Source of the DNA: Acidimicrobiales bacterium
GTDB taxonomy: Bacteria > Actinomycetota > Acidimicrobiia > Acidimicrobiales > Bog-793
Direction: 5' to 3'
DNA: 64,000 nucleotides
Assembly: GCA_035625025.1 (NCBI GenBank)
Contig: DASPQJ010000030.1
Span: 2,993 to 66,992 of the forward strand
Both the position numbers and the translations under genes were made by a program. Numbering within the stretch: position 1 is the first letter of the stretch; the number at the start of each line of letters is the position of its first letter. Shown here in pieces: positions 38,692 through 47,472 of the stretch. Under the pieces are notes generated by a model. The model did not search any database and had not been told where the DNA came from. It worked only from the letters and a program-made list of their open reading frames with translations.

Positions 38692-40464
38692 GTGACCCTA
38701 CAGGCGAGTTTCGCGGCGACGCTCGTCGACGAGTGGGTGCGCGCCGGCATCGTCGACGCGGTCGTCGCGCCGGGGTCGCGTTCGAGCCCGCTGGCGGTCG
38801 CGCTCCTCGGCGACGAGCGGATCCGGGTCCACGTCCGGCTGGACGAACGGTCGGCGGGTTTCTTCGCGATCGGCCTCGCGCTCGTCTCGGCCCGTCCCGT
38901 CGTCGTCGTGGTGACGAGCGGGACCGCGACCGCCGAACTCCACCCGGCGGTCGTCGAGGCCGACCTTGCCGGAGTGCCGCTCCTCGTCTGCACGGCGGAT
39001 CGTCCCCCCGAACTGCGCCACGTCGGCGCGGCGCAGACGATCGACCAGCAGTATCTCTTTGGGCGCGCGGTGCGTTTCTTCGCCGATCCGGGAGTGCCCG
39101 ACGTCGACGGTCGTTGCCACTGGCGTAGCTTCGCGAGCCGGCTCGTCGCCGAGGCGACGGCCGGCCCCGGTGGGCCCGGTCCCGTGCACGCCAACCTGGC
39201 TTTCCGCGAGCCGCTCGGCGGCACACCCGACGACCTCCCGCCCGGCCGGCCGGAAGGTCGTCCCTGGCACGACGCGATCGGCCGGATCGACGTGCCCGAG
39301 GAGGCCGTGGAACGGCTCGTCGCCGAGGTCGGACCCACCCGGCGCGGCGTCATCGTCGCGGGTCGGGGGGCGGCCGAGGGGGACCCCGGGGGCGTCCTCG
39401 CCCTCGCCGCCGCCGCCGGCTGGCCGGCTCTCGCCGACACTCTGGCTTTCCCGCGCGCTCGCCAGACGGAAGTCGTGGCCGCGTGGGATCTCGTCGTGAA
39501 GAGCCAGGCGGCGCTGCGCGCCTTGCGACCCGAGTTCGTGCTGCGCGTCGGCGCGCCGCCGGCGAGCCGGGCGGTCGCGACCTGGCAGACCGCGCTCTGC
39601 GGCGCCGGGGCTTCGTCGGTCCTCGTCGATCCCCACGGACGCTTCGCCGACCCGGACCGGATCGCCGCAGTCGTGTTGCGGGCATCCCCGGGGGCGTTGT
39701 GCCGACGTGTCGCCGACGCGCTCGCCGGTCGGCCCGGAGGGCCCGAGGGATGGCTCGCGCGTTGGGAAAGGGCGGAGGCGGTGGCACAGGACGCGATCGA
39801 GGAGGTGCTCGGCGCGACGGACGAATTCAGCGAGCCGGCCGTGGCGCGGGGCCTTTTTGCCCGTCTGCCCGCCGAATCGACGCTCGTCGTCTCCTCGTCG
39901 ATGCCGATCCGCGACCTCGACGCCTTTGCCCGCCCGCGCGTCGGCGCGCCGACGGTCCTTGCCAACCGGGGGGCGAACGGGATCGACGGCGTCTTGTCGA
40001 CGGTGCTCGGCGCGGCCCGCGGCGCGTCCGCCGTCCGGTCCGGTTCCGGCGGGCGGACCTTCGGGCTGCTCGGCGACCTCGCCTTCTTCCACGACCTGCC
40101 CGCTCTGGTCCGGGGCCGGCACGAAGACGTCATCGACGCCACCGTCGTCGTCGTCGACAACGCCGGCGGGGGGATCTTCTCGTTCCTGCCGTACCCGAGG
40201 GACCTCGACGCCGGGCTTTTCGAGCGGGCCTTCGGGACCCCGCAGTCCCCGGACCTGTCGGGGGTGGCCGAGGCGCTCGGCTGTCGCGTGCACGGGGCAT
40301 CGTCGCCGGCCGAGTTCGCCGCGACGCTCGACGAGACGGCGTTCTGGCGCGGGGTTCAGCTCGTCGTCGTCCGCACCGACCGGGCCCGCAACGTCGCGGT
40401 CCACGCCGCGCTGGAAAGATCCGTCGTCGCGGCGGTCGACGGGGCGTGCGGGGAAGCTACCTAG
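38692..40464 (+). CDS. menD: 2-succinyl-5-enolpyruvyl-6-hydroxy-3-cyclohexene-1-carboxylate synthase
   Basis: FAATLVDEWVRAGIVDAVVAPGSRSSPL, TSGTATAELHPAV and NRGANGIDG..GDLAFFHD are ThDP-enzyme motifs of the MenD type. Confidence 0.9.
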   Translation: MTLQASFAATLVDEWVRAGIVDAVVAPGSRSSPLAVALLGDERIRVHVRLDERSAGFFAIGLALVSARPVVVVVTSGTATAELHPAVVEADLAGVPLLVCTADRPPELRHVGAAQTIDQQYLFGRAVRFFADPGVPDVDGRCHWRSFASRLVAEATAGPGGPGPVHANLAFREPLGGTPDDLPPGRPEGRPWHDAIGRIDVPEEAVERLVAEVGPTRRGVIVAGRGAAEGDPGGVLALAAAAGWPALADTLAFPRARQTEVVAAWDLVVKSQAALRALRPEFVLRVGAPPASRAVATWQTALCGAGASSVLVDPHGRFADPDRIAAVVLRASPGALCRRVADALAGRPGGPEGWLARWERAEAVAQDAIEEVLGATDEFSEPAVARGLFARLPAESTLVVSSSMPIRDLDAFARPRVGAPTVLANRGANGIDGVLSTVLGAARGASAVRSGSGGRTFGLLGDLAFFHDLPALVRGRHEDVIDATVVVVDNAGGGIFSFLPYPRDLDAGLFERAFGTPQSPDLSGVAEALGCRVHGASSPAEFAATLDETAFWRGVQLVVVRTDRARNVAVHAALERSVVAAVDGACGEAT

Positions 40465-41192
40465 TCGGGAAAGCGCCGGGCATCGGTCGCGGCGTAGCGG
40501 GCGACGCCCGCGTCGGTCGCGGCGGCGCGCTCGACCGCGCCGACGAGCTCGTCGAGGTCCGCGGCCGGGAGCGCGCAGGTCATCTCCTCGGGCGCCAGAC
40601 CTGTTCGGACCCGCGACAACGCGCAGCCGACGCTCGCCGCCGTCAGCCGCTGTTCCTTCGCGATCGCGACGATGTGGCACTGGGGCTTGCCGCCGATCAC
40701 GAGCCCGGGGATCGCGTCGGAGAGCACCATCAACTGGCGGCCGTTCACGCGGAGCAGCACGACGTCGGGGCGCACCCCGGGCGGGGTGGCCGCGAGAGGC
40801 CCGTAGGTGATGGCGCCCGGATGGCCCGAGACCACCGGCAGGCCGGCCGCTTCGGCGGCGGTCACCCAGCCCGATTCGAGGAGCGTGGCGACGTCAGCGT
40901 TACCCGCGACCTCGCCGAGCGTTGCCAAACCGTGCGTGACTCTTCCGACGCTGCAGTTGCCGTGGTCGGCGGGAACGGTCGTGAAGGTGCTCGTGGCGCC
41001 CCGGATCCAGAACACGCAGCCCGCCGGGACGCGCCCGGTCCTGCCGTCGGCCGTCGGCTCCGACATCGGGTCGTCGAAGGGGGCGACTCGGGGGGGCGGT
41101 TCGTCCGAGAACGAGATGGCGACGGGCGCGACCGCGAGGTGCAGGGCGCTCGTGAGCCGTTCGGCGAGCGCACCCCAGGAGGGTAGAGTCAT
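40461..41192 (-). CDS. DUF169 domain-containing protein
   Basis: 243 aa. The pattern AISFSDEPP..AGCVFWIRG..DHGNCSVG..GKPQCH resembles DUF169 as I remember it. Its stop overlaps the menD stop in the palindrome CTAG (40461-40464). Confidence 0.6.
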   Translation of the reverse strand: MTLPSWGALAERLTSALHLAVAPVAISFSDEPPPRVAPFDDPMSEPTADGRTGRVPAGCVFWIRGATSTFTTVPADHGNCSVGRVTHGLATLGEVAGNADVATLLESGWVTAAEAAGLPVVSGHPGAITYGPLAATPPGVRPDVVLLRVNGRQLMVLSDAIPGLVIGGKPQCHIVAIAKEQRLTAASVGCALSRVRTGLAPEEMTCALPAADLDELVGAVERAAATDAGVARYAATDARRFPD

Positions 41193-41286
41193 CTGGCGTT
41201 TCTAGCTCAGGCCGGTAAGGCGTGCACTTCGGCGGCGCCGGCTCCCGATCGGCCGATCGTCGTCGCGCCTGTGGCAGGCTGAAGAG

Positions 41287-42567
41287 ATGGCGAGCTGCTC
41301 CGAGGATTTCGCGTTCCGCGGGCTCATCCACCAGGTGAGCGACCCCGCGCTTTTCGACCGGCTCGACGCCGGTGGCGAGAGCGTCTACGTCGGCTTCGAC
41401 CCGACGGACGCCAGCTTGCAGATGGGCAACCTGTTGCAGCTTTGCAGCCTGCGCCGGTTACAGCTCGCCGGCCACCGGCCGATCGCCGTCGCCGGGAGCG
41501 GGACGGGGCTGATCGGCGACCCGGGGGGTCGGGCCGAGGAGCGCCCGCTCATCGGCCGCGCCGAGCTCGAGGCCAACCTCGTCGGGATCCGTCCACAGCT
41601 CGAGCGGTTCCTCGATTTCTCGCTGCCGTCCGAGCACGCCGCCGTGATCGTCGACAACGGCGAGTGGCTCGGCGCGCTGGGGCTCATCGATTTCCTCCGC
41701 GAGATCGGCAAACACTTCACCGTCAACCAGATGGTGGCGAAAGAGGCGGTGCGGTCGCGCTTCGACCGGCCGGACCAGGGCATCTCGTACACGGAGTTCA
41801 GCTACGCGCTCCTCCAGGCCTACGACTTCCTCCACCTGTTCGACCAGTACGGCTGTCGGGTCCAGATGGGCGGAAGCGACCAGTGGGGGAACATCACGAT
41901 GGGCGTCGAACTCATTCGCAAGCTGCGTGGCGAGACGGCCTACGCCCTCACCACGCCGCTCGTCACGAAAGCCGACGGGACGAAGTTCGGCAAGACGGAG
42001 TCGGGCGCGCTCTACCTCGACGCCCACAAGACGAGCCCGTACGCCCTTTACCAGTACTTTTTCCGTGTCGAGGACAGCATCGTCGGTACCTATCTGCGGT
42101 ATTTCACGTTCCTCGACCACGAGGCGATCCTCGCCCTCGACGAGGCGACGACGGAGAGGCCCGAGGCGCGCGACGCCCAGCGGAGCCTCGCGCACGCGGT
42201 ATGCACGCTCGTGCACGGCGAGGCCGAGACCGCCCGGGCGGAACGCGCCGCCCTGGCGCTGTACTCGGAGGACGTCGCGGCTCTCGACGAACAGACCCTT
42301 CTGGAGGTCTTCGCCGACGCGCCCGCTTTGGCGGTGTCGGCCGCCCTCCTCGAAGGCGGCGGCGTCGACTTGGTCGACGTCTTCGTGGCCTCGGGCCTTG
42401 TCGGCTCGAAAAGCGCGGCGCGCGCGGCGATCGCCCAGGGTGGCGCCTACGTGAACAACCGCCGTGTCGCACCCGAGGGGCGGCTCACCCCCTCCGACCT
42501 CATCGCCGGCCGTTACGCCGTGCTGCGCCGCGGACGCCGCGAAAACTGCCTTCTGCGCTTCGGCTGA
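41287..42567 (+). CDS. tyrS: Tyrosine-tRNA ligase
   Basis: YVGFDPTDASLQMGNL is the HIGH-region equivalent, KFGKTESG is the KMSKS equivalent, and the C-terminus has an S4-like domain. Confidence 0.95.
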   Translation: MASCSEDFAFRGLIHQVSDPALFDRLDAGGESVYVGFDPTDASLQMGNLLQLCSLRRLQLAGHRPIAVAGSGTGLIGDPGGRAEERPLIGRAELEANLVGIRPQLERFLDFSLPSEHAAVIVDNGEWLGALGLIDFLREIGKHFTVNQMVAKEAVRSRFDRPDQGISYTEFSYALLQAYDFLHLFDQYGCRVQMGGSDQWGNITMGVELIRKLRGETAYALTTPLVTKADGTKFGKTESGALYLDAHKTSPYALYQYFFRVEDSIVGTYLRYFTFLDHEAILALDEATTERPEARDAQRSLAHAVCTLVHGEAETARAERAALALYSEDVAALDEQTLLEVFADAPALAVSAALLEGGGVDLVDVFVASGLVGSKSAARAAIAQGGAYVNNRRVAPEGRLTPSDLIAGRYAVLRRGRRENCLLRFG

Positions 42568-42574
42568 CCGCGGC

Positions 42575-44215
42575 TCAGGCCCCCCGCTCGAGCGCCTCCT
42601 CGGCGAGGGCGAGCGGCAGGCACCCTGTCGCGGCGATTGCATCGTGGAATGCCCGGAGGTCGCCGCGTCCGGCGGCGAGAAAGCGCGCCCGGATCCGCTC
42701 GATCTCGAGGCTCCCGGTGAGGTACGCCGCTGCCTGGGTCGGCCAGGCACAGTAGCGGCCAACCTCGGCCCGGGCGACGGGCTCGGGCAGCCCGGCGTTC
42801 GTCTCCAGGAAGGCGACGGCTTCGTCGACCCCGAGGTCGCCGATGTGCAGCCCGGCGTCGACGACGACGCGCGCGGCGCGGAAGATCCGCGCGTTGAGGT
42901 GTCCGAGCTCGGCGGCCGCGTCGGCGAAGTAACCCTCTTCACGCATCATGTGTTCGGCATAAAGAGCCCAGCCCTCCGAGAAGTACGCAGAGTGGATGAA
43001 ATGGCGGACCCGCCGTCTCGACGCCTTCATCCAGGTGAGGTGCCAGTGGTGGCCGGGGTACGCCTCGTGCACGGTGATCGTGGGGATGACGTGGAGGTTG
43101 TTGGCTTCAAGACGCCGAGCCTCGTCGGCCGGCGTCGTCCCGGCGGGAGGCCACGGGACGTGGAAATGCCCGACGCGACCGGGACGGAACGCTGGCGGGG
43201 GGGTATAGGAGGCCACGGCGATGATCGGGCGCAAAAAAGGCGGCGTCGGCTCGACTCGGCACTCCTCGCCCTCGGGCAAGCTGACGAGACGGTGCGAAAC
43301 GAGAAAGTCGCGAGCTCGGGCCGCCTCGTCCGCGTAGCGGCGGCGCATCTCCTCGAAGGTGACCGGGCGGTCCTTGGTCAGCGCCGCGAAGACGGGTCGC
43401 CATGTCGCGGCGTGCGGGTCGATTTTGTGGGCAAGCCCGTCCATCTCGGCCTCGAGTTCCTCGAGCGCGCGCCGACCGCGGACGCGCAGTTCCCCCGCGC
43501 CGTACCCGAGGAGCTCCCGTTCGCGCAGCAACGACGTGTACCGCTCCTCCCCGATCGCGTAACCGCCCCGCGCCGCGGCGCCGAGTTCGGCAAGAAAGGC
43601 GCAATAGCACCGGGTTGACTCGGCGGCGACGTCGGCCGCGTCGGCGACAGCCGCGCCGCTCGCCGGGTCAGCGAACTCCGCGGGCAGGATCTCGGTGAAA
43701 TACGGGATTGCCGCCTCGCACTGCGCGACGGCGCGACCGACGATGAGCGGGTTCGCCACCTCGGCGACGAGGTTCGCCCGTCCGGCCTCGAGGACGCCCG
43801 GCACGGCGCGCAGACGGTTCGCCGTGTAGGTCGCCAGCTCCCCTTCGGGAAATGATCTGTGGGTGACGAGGCTGAGCACTCCGTCGAAGCACGGTTCGAG
43901 ATAGACGGATGGGTCCCGTTGCCACCCCCGCCACGACTCTCGGAGCTGTCGTCCACGGATCTCGGCGATGAGCGCGGTTCGGTCGACCCTCTGGTCGGGC
44001 CGGAGCGAGGCCGCGTCGACGGCGCGCAGCCGTTCGAGCCAAGCCGCATTCTCAGACTCTCGTTGCGCGAAGGCCGTCGCCGAGAAGTCGCCGATCTCGC
44101 CGTGCGCGCCGTCGGCGCCGAGGGCCGTGGCCATCACGGGAGACACGGCGAACTCATGGGCGAGCCATTCGTCGAGCAGATCGTCAAAGTCGTCGCCGGG
44201 CCGGGTTTCTTTCAC
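42575..44215 (-). CDS. DUF885 family protein
   Basis: The HEAYPGHHWHL motif, the length and the overall pattern fit DUF885. GTG at 44215 was chosen as the start. The upstream 210 aa of the track ORF are antisense shadow over the flavin reductase gene. Confidence 0.8.
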   Translation of the reverse strand: MKETRPGDDFDDLLDEWLAHEFAVSPVMATALGADGAHGEIGDFSATAFAQRESENAAWLERLRAVDAASLRPDQRVDRTALIAEIRGRQLRESWRGWQRDPSVYLEPCFDGVLSLVTHRSFPEGELATYTANRLRAVPGVLEAGRANLVAEVANPLIVGRAVAQCEAAIPYFTEILPAEFADPASGAAVADAADVAAESTRCYCAFLAELGAAARGGYAIGEERYTSLLRERELLGYGAGELRVRGRRALEELEAEMDGLAHKIDPHAATWRPVFAALTKDRPVTFEEMRRRYADEAARARDFLVSHRLVSLPEGEECRVEPTPPFLRPIIAVASYTPPPAFRPGRVGHFHVPWPPAGTTPADEARRLEANNLHVIPTITVHEAYPGHHWHLTWMKASRRRVRHFIHSAYFSEGWALYAEHMMREEGYFADAAAELGHLNARIFRAARVVVDAGLHIGDLGVDEAVAFLETNAGLPEPVARAEVGRYCAWPTQAAAYLTGSLEIERIRARFLAAGRGDLRAFHDAIAATGCLPLALAEEALERGA

Positions 44216-44284
44216 GGGGCGCGACCGTAGACGCTCAGTACGGAGCGCGCAGCTACCCGAGCCGGCGCGTATAGGGTCCTCGTC

Positions 44285-44839
44285 GTGGCGGACACGCCGA
44301 AGCTCGTCGGGCCGTTTCCCGCCGGCGTCGACCCTGAGGAGTACGACCGCATCCGTCGGCGGGTGCTCTGGCGGATGCCGACGGGCCTGTACCTCGTCGG
44401 CTCGTTGGCCGGCGGCGAGCGCAACCTGATGACGGCGAATCTCGTCACCCAGCTGTGCGCCGTCCCGAAACTCGTCGGCGTCGTCGTCGAGGTGACGGCG
44501 CGCACCCACGTGCTCATCGAGGCGGGAGGGTCGTTTGCCGTCTCGCTGCTCGCCCGAGAAGACCGCGCCCTCGTCCGCAAGTTCGTCAAGCCGGCGCGCG
44601 ATGACCGCGCCGGACGCACGCTCAACGGGGTCGTCTACTTTGATGCCCCCGTGACCGGGGTGCCGGTCCTCGCCCAGGCGGTTGCTTTCGTCGACTGCCG
44701 TCTCGAGCGGACCGTCGCGTTCGGCTCGCACTCGCTCTTCGTCGGCGAGGTCGTCGACGCCGCCTTCGGGCCGGCCGCCTCGGCGGGCGAGGCCGCGGTT
44801 CTGCGCCTCGAGGACACCCGCATGAGCTACGGCGGTTGA
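44285..44839 (+). CDS. Flavin reductase family protein
   Basis: LWRMPTGLYLVGS..NLMTANLVTQ..PKLVGVVV..FAVSLL and VAFVDCRL..GSHSLFVGEV show the flavin reductase-like FMN-binding split-barrel pattern. Confidence 0.8.
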   Translation: MADTPKLVGPFPAGVDPEEYDRIRRRVLWRMPTGLYLVGSLAGGERNLMTANLVTQLCAVPKLVGVVVEVTARTHVLIEAGGSFAVSLLAREDRALVRKFVKPARDDRAGRTLNGVVYFDAPVTGVPVLAQAVAFVDCRLERTVAFGSHSLFVGEVVDAAFGPAASAGEAAVLRLEDTRMSYGG

Positions 44840-46107
44840 ACGGGTTGCCACCCTCGCCGCGCGCCCATCCGCGTCCTTGCTGGCCGGAACCCGTCGAGCT
44901 GCGTCACGTCGCCGACGCGGCGGCGTTGCGCGCCCTCGTCGACGAGCTCGACCGGGCGGAGGAGTACGCAGTCGACACCGAGTTCCATCGCGAGCGGACG
45001 TACTTCGCCCGGCTCGCCCTTCTGCAGGTCGCCTGGCCCGGCGGAGTCGCGCTCGTCGACCCCCTCGCCGTCGACGTCGCGCCCTTTGGCGCGGTTCTCG
45101 CCAGCCCGCGGCTCGCCGTCGTCCACGCCGCCGACCAGGACCTCGAAGTCCTGGCGCGGGCGTGCGGCGCGACGCCGTCGCGACTTTTCGACACCCAACT
45201 CGCCGCGGGGTTCCTCGGCATGTCGACGCCGTCGCTCGCCGACCTGGTCGAGCGCCTGTTGCGCTTGCGCCTGGAAAAGGGCGACCAGCTCACCGACTGG
45301 ACGCGACGTCCCCTGAGCGACGAGCAGTGCCAGTACGCGGCGCACGATGTCGCCCACCTCCTTGAGCTGCACCGCGTCTTAGCCGACCGGCTCCAGGCGA
45401 GCGGCCGGCTCGCCTGGGCCGAGGAGGAGTGCGCCGCCCTCCTTCAGCGGGCACGCCTTCTGCCCGTCCCGGAAGAGGCCTGGTGGAAGCTGCGCCAGGC
45501 GCGCCAGCTGCGCGGCGTCAAGCGGGGCGTCGCCCAGGCCGTCGCGGCCTGGCGGGAACGGCGCGCCCAGGCGCTCGACCGACCCGTCCGGTTCATCCTC
45601 TCGGACCTGGCGTTGGCGGCGATCGCCCACCGGCCCCCGAAGAGCCGGGCCGACCTCGAGCACGTCCGAAACCTCGATCTGCGCGGCCTCGGCGAACAGG
45701 TCGTGGCGGAGCTGCTCGCGGCCGTCGACGCGGGAGCGAGGCTTCCCGCCGCGGCGATCCGTCTGCCGCCGGGTCCCGAGGGGAACTCCGTCGGCAAGCC
45801 AGCCGTGGCACTGGCGCTCGCCTTCGCCGGGGAGCTCGCCCGCCGGCTCGACATCGACCCGGCGCTCCTCGCGACGCGTGCCGACGTCGTCGGCTTCCTC
45901 CAGCAACCCCCCGAGGGTCGGCTCACGGCTTCCTGGCGCCACGAGATCGTCGGCGAGCCGCTCGCCCGCCTCGTCACGGGGCAGGCTGCGCTCGTGCTCG
46001 AAGACGGGGCGCTCGTCCTCGAGGAACGCTCCCACCGCCTTCTTCAGGAGCCGGTTGCGACCCCGGCGCCGGACGGGGTCACAACCGTGCGCCGGAGCGA
46101 GGTGTGA
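44836..46107 (+). CDS. rnd: Ribonuclease D
   Basis: Has the DEDDy exonuclease motifs AVDTEF, LLQV, HAADQDLEVL and YAAHDVAHL, followed by an HRDC-like region. The TTG start overlaps the upstream stop (TTGA) and is uncertain. Confidence 0.8.
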   Translation: MNGLPPSPRAHPRPCWPEPVELRHVADAAALRALVDELDRAEEYAVDTEFHRERTYFARLALLQVAWPGGVALVDPLAVDVAPFGAVLASPRLAVVHAADQDLEVLARACGATPSRLFDTQLAAGFLGMSTPSLADLVERLLRLRLEKGDQLTDWTRRPLSDEQCQYAAHDVAHLLELHRVLADRLQASGRLAWAEEECAALLQRARLLPVPEEAWWKLRQARQLRGVKRGVAQAVAAWRERRAQALDRPVRFILSDLALAAIAHRPPKSRADLEHVRNLDLRGLGEQVVAELLAAVDAGARLPAAAIRLPPGPEGNSVGKPAVALALAFAGELARRLDIDPALLATRADVVGFLQQPPEGRLTASWRHEIVGEPLARLVTGQAALVLEDGALVLEERSHRLLQEPVATPAPDGVTTVRRSEV

Positions 46108-46729
46108 AGCTGGTCGCCGATCCGGCGAAAGCCGACCCGGGCGTAGCTGCGGGCGGCCGCCTCATCGCCGGGGGTGGGGGAGACGAGGTCGGAGCCGGCC
46201 GCGCCGGCCGACCGGGCGAGGGACACGGTGAGAGCCAAGGTGAGCTTGCGGCCGCGGAAGGCCTCGTCGACGGCGATGCCGGAGATCTCACCGAAACCGC
46301 CCCGCCGCCGGAGTATGTTCCGGCGCCGACGAAGCGACCCGTGGCAGCCTCGATGGTCGTCGCGACGAAACCGCCGACGGCGACGATCCGGGAGAGCGCG
46401 GCTCCGTCCGGCACGGCCGGATCGGCCTGACCGAACGCGGCGTGGGGCACCCGGGTCGGGCGACGAGTTCGTCGGGCGTCGCCGGCGGACGGATCGTGAA
46501 AGCGGCGTCGAGCCCGTCGGTGGCAGGGCGTCGGGGCTGGCCGCCAGGAGCGCGAGCACCACTTCCGCGAGGAAACTCGCTCTCGAGCGCGCTCCTTTTC
46601 GAGCGGGCCGAGCGCGGGGAAATACTCGGCGCGGACGACGCGATTCCGTCGAGGGAAGGCCGCGACGACCGTCGCCACAGCGTCGCCCGACGGCGACGCT
46701 CCGTCGTCGGGATCGCTTAGATGAGGCAA
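46044..46729 (-). pseudogene. GNAT-family N-acetyltransferase, apparently disrupted by four 1-nt frame changes
   Basis: Protein-like sequence with high third-position GC hops between frames. The segments are MPHLSDPDDG..AEYFPALGPLEKERARE, then SFLAEVVLALLAASPDALPP, then DGLDAAFTIRPPATPDELVA, then VPHAAFGQADPAVPDGAALSRIVAVGGFVATTIEAATGRFVGAGTYS, then GGFGEISGIAVDEAFRGRKLTLALT..AAARSYARVGFRRIG (acetyl-CoA site). Neither long ORF in the track (216 aa, 172 aa) contains the whole domain. Confidence 0.45.
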
Positions 46730-46873
46730 GGATCGGCGTCGCGCTCTGTGAAGGTGGCGAGGAACGGACCGACGCGTTCGACGGTGCGCATCTCGGCCGC
46801 AGTCGCCCGCACGCAGCCGGCGAGGCGCGCGAACCCGTCGTGGTCCACCGGCTCGCCTGGGGGTGCCGGTCGG

Positions 46874-47128
46874 TTACGTGGGCCCGTCGCCGGCGTCAGC
46901 TCGGCTCGTCGGAGACGGCCGCAAGTCGATCGTCAGGGTGAGGATTCCGTCGGCGAGGGCGGCCTCGGCGTCGCCGAGCATCGCAAAGTCCATGTAGTCG
47001 AGCTCCATCTGCTCGAGGAGGCGGCGACGTTCGGGGCCTTCGACGGGCGGCATCCCGCGCCGTCGGACCGCGGCGGCGCGCTCGCGAAAACGGACCACCA
47101 TCGCCCCGGGATCGAAGGTCTCGGGCAC
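46874..47128 (-). CDS. Hypothetical small protein (84 aa)
   Basis: Has an ATG start and high third-position GC throughout, with non-repetitive composition (MPETFDPGAMVVRFRERAAAV..LEQMELDYMDFAMLGDAEAALADGILTLTIDL). Confidence 0.5.
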   Translation of the reverse strand: MPETFDPGAMVVRFRERAAAVRRRGMPPVEGPERRRLLEQMELDYMDFAMLGDAEAALADGILTLTIDLRPSPTSRADAGDGPT

Positions 47129-47301
47129 GTTGCCAGGCTACCGGGGCGCGCCGCCCGTCGGCTTGGCGGATCCGGCCAGGACTCGGGCGGTATGCTGCAC
47201 TGCGCAGCAGGGTCCTGGGGCGGGCTCCGACGTGGTGCCGCTGCAGGGCGTCCCCGGGCAGCCGTGGTCGACGCGACCTCCTGCAAGCTAGGGAGCGGCT
47301 C

Positions 47302-47472
47302 GTGAAAAAGGGACGGCATCGGCGCTTCGAAGAGGCGCGCAGTCTGAAGCGTGCGGTCGAGGTCGTCGTGGAACCCTGCCCCGAGTGTGGCGCGCGTCCT
47401 GAAGAGGACCACGCCAGCTGGTGCCTTTACGAGTCCGAGGAACTCGAGGAAGACGTCGAGGACCTGACCTAG
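47302..47472 (+). CDS. Small ORF (56 aa) absent from the ORF track: basic N-terminus, C2HC zinc-knuckle-like centre, acidic tail
   Basis: The GTG at 47302 is preceded by GGGAGCGG. The translation is KKGRHRRFEEARSLKRAVEVVVEPCPECGARPEEDHASWCLYESEELEEDVEDLT-stop. GC-ending codons dominate. Its stop overlaps the convergent gene's stop in CTAG. Confidence 0.35.
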   Translation: MKKGRHRRFEEARSLKRAVEVVVEPCPECGARPEEDHASWCLYESEELEEDVEDLT

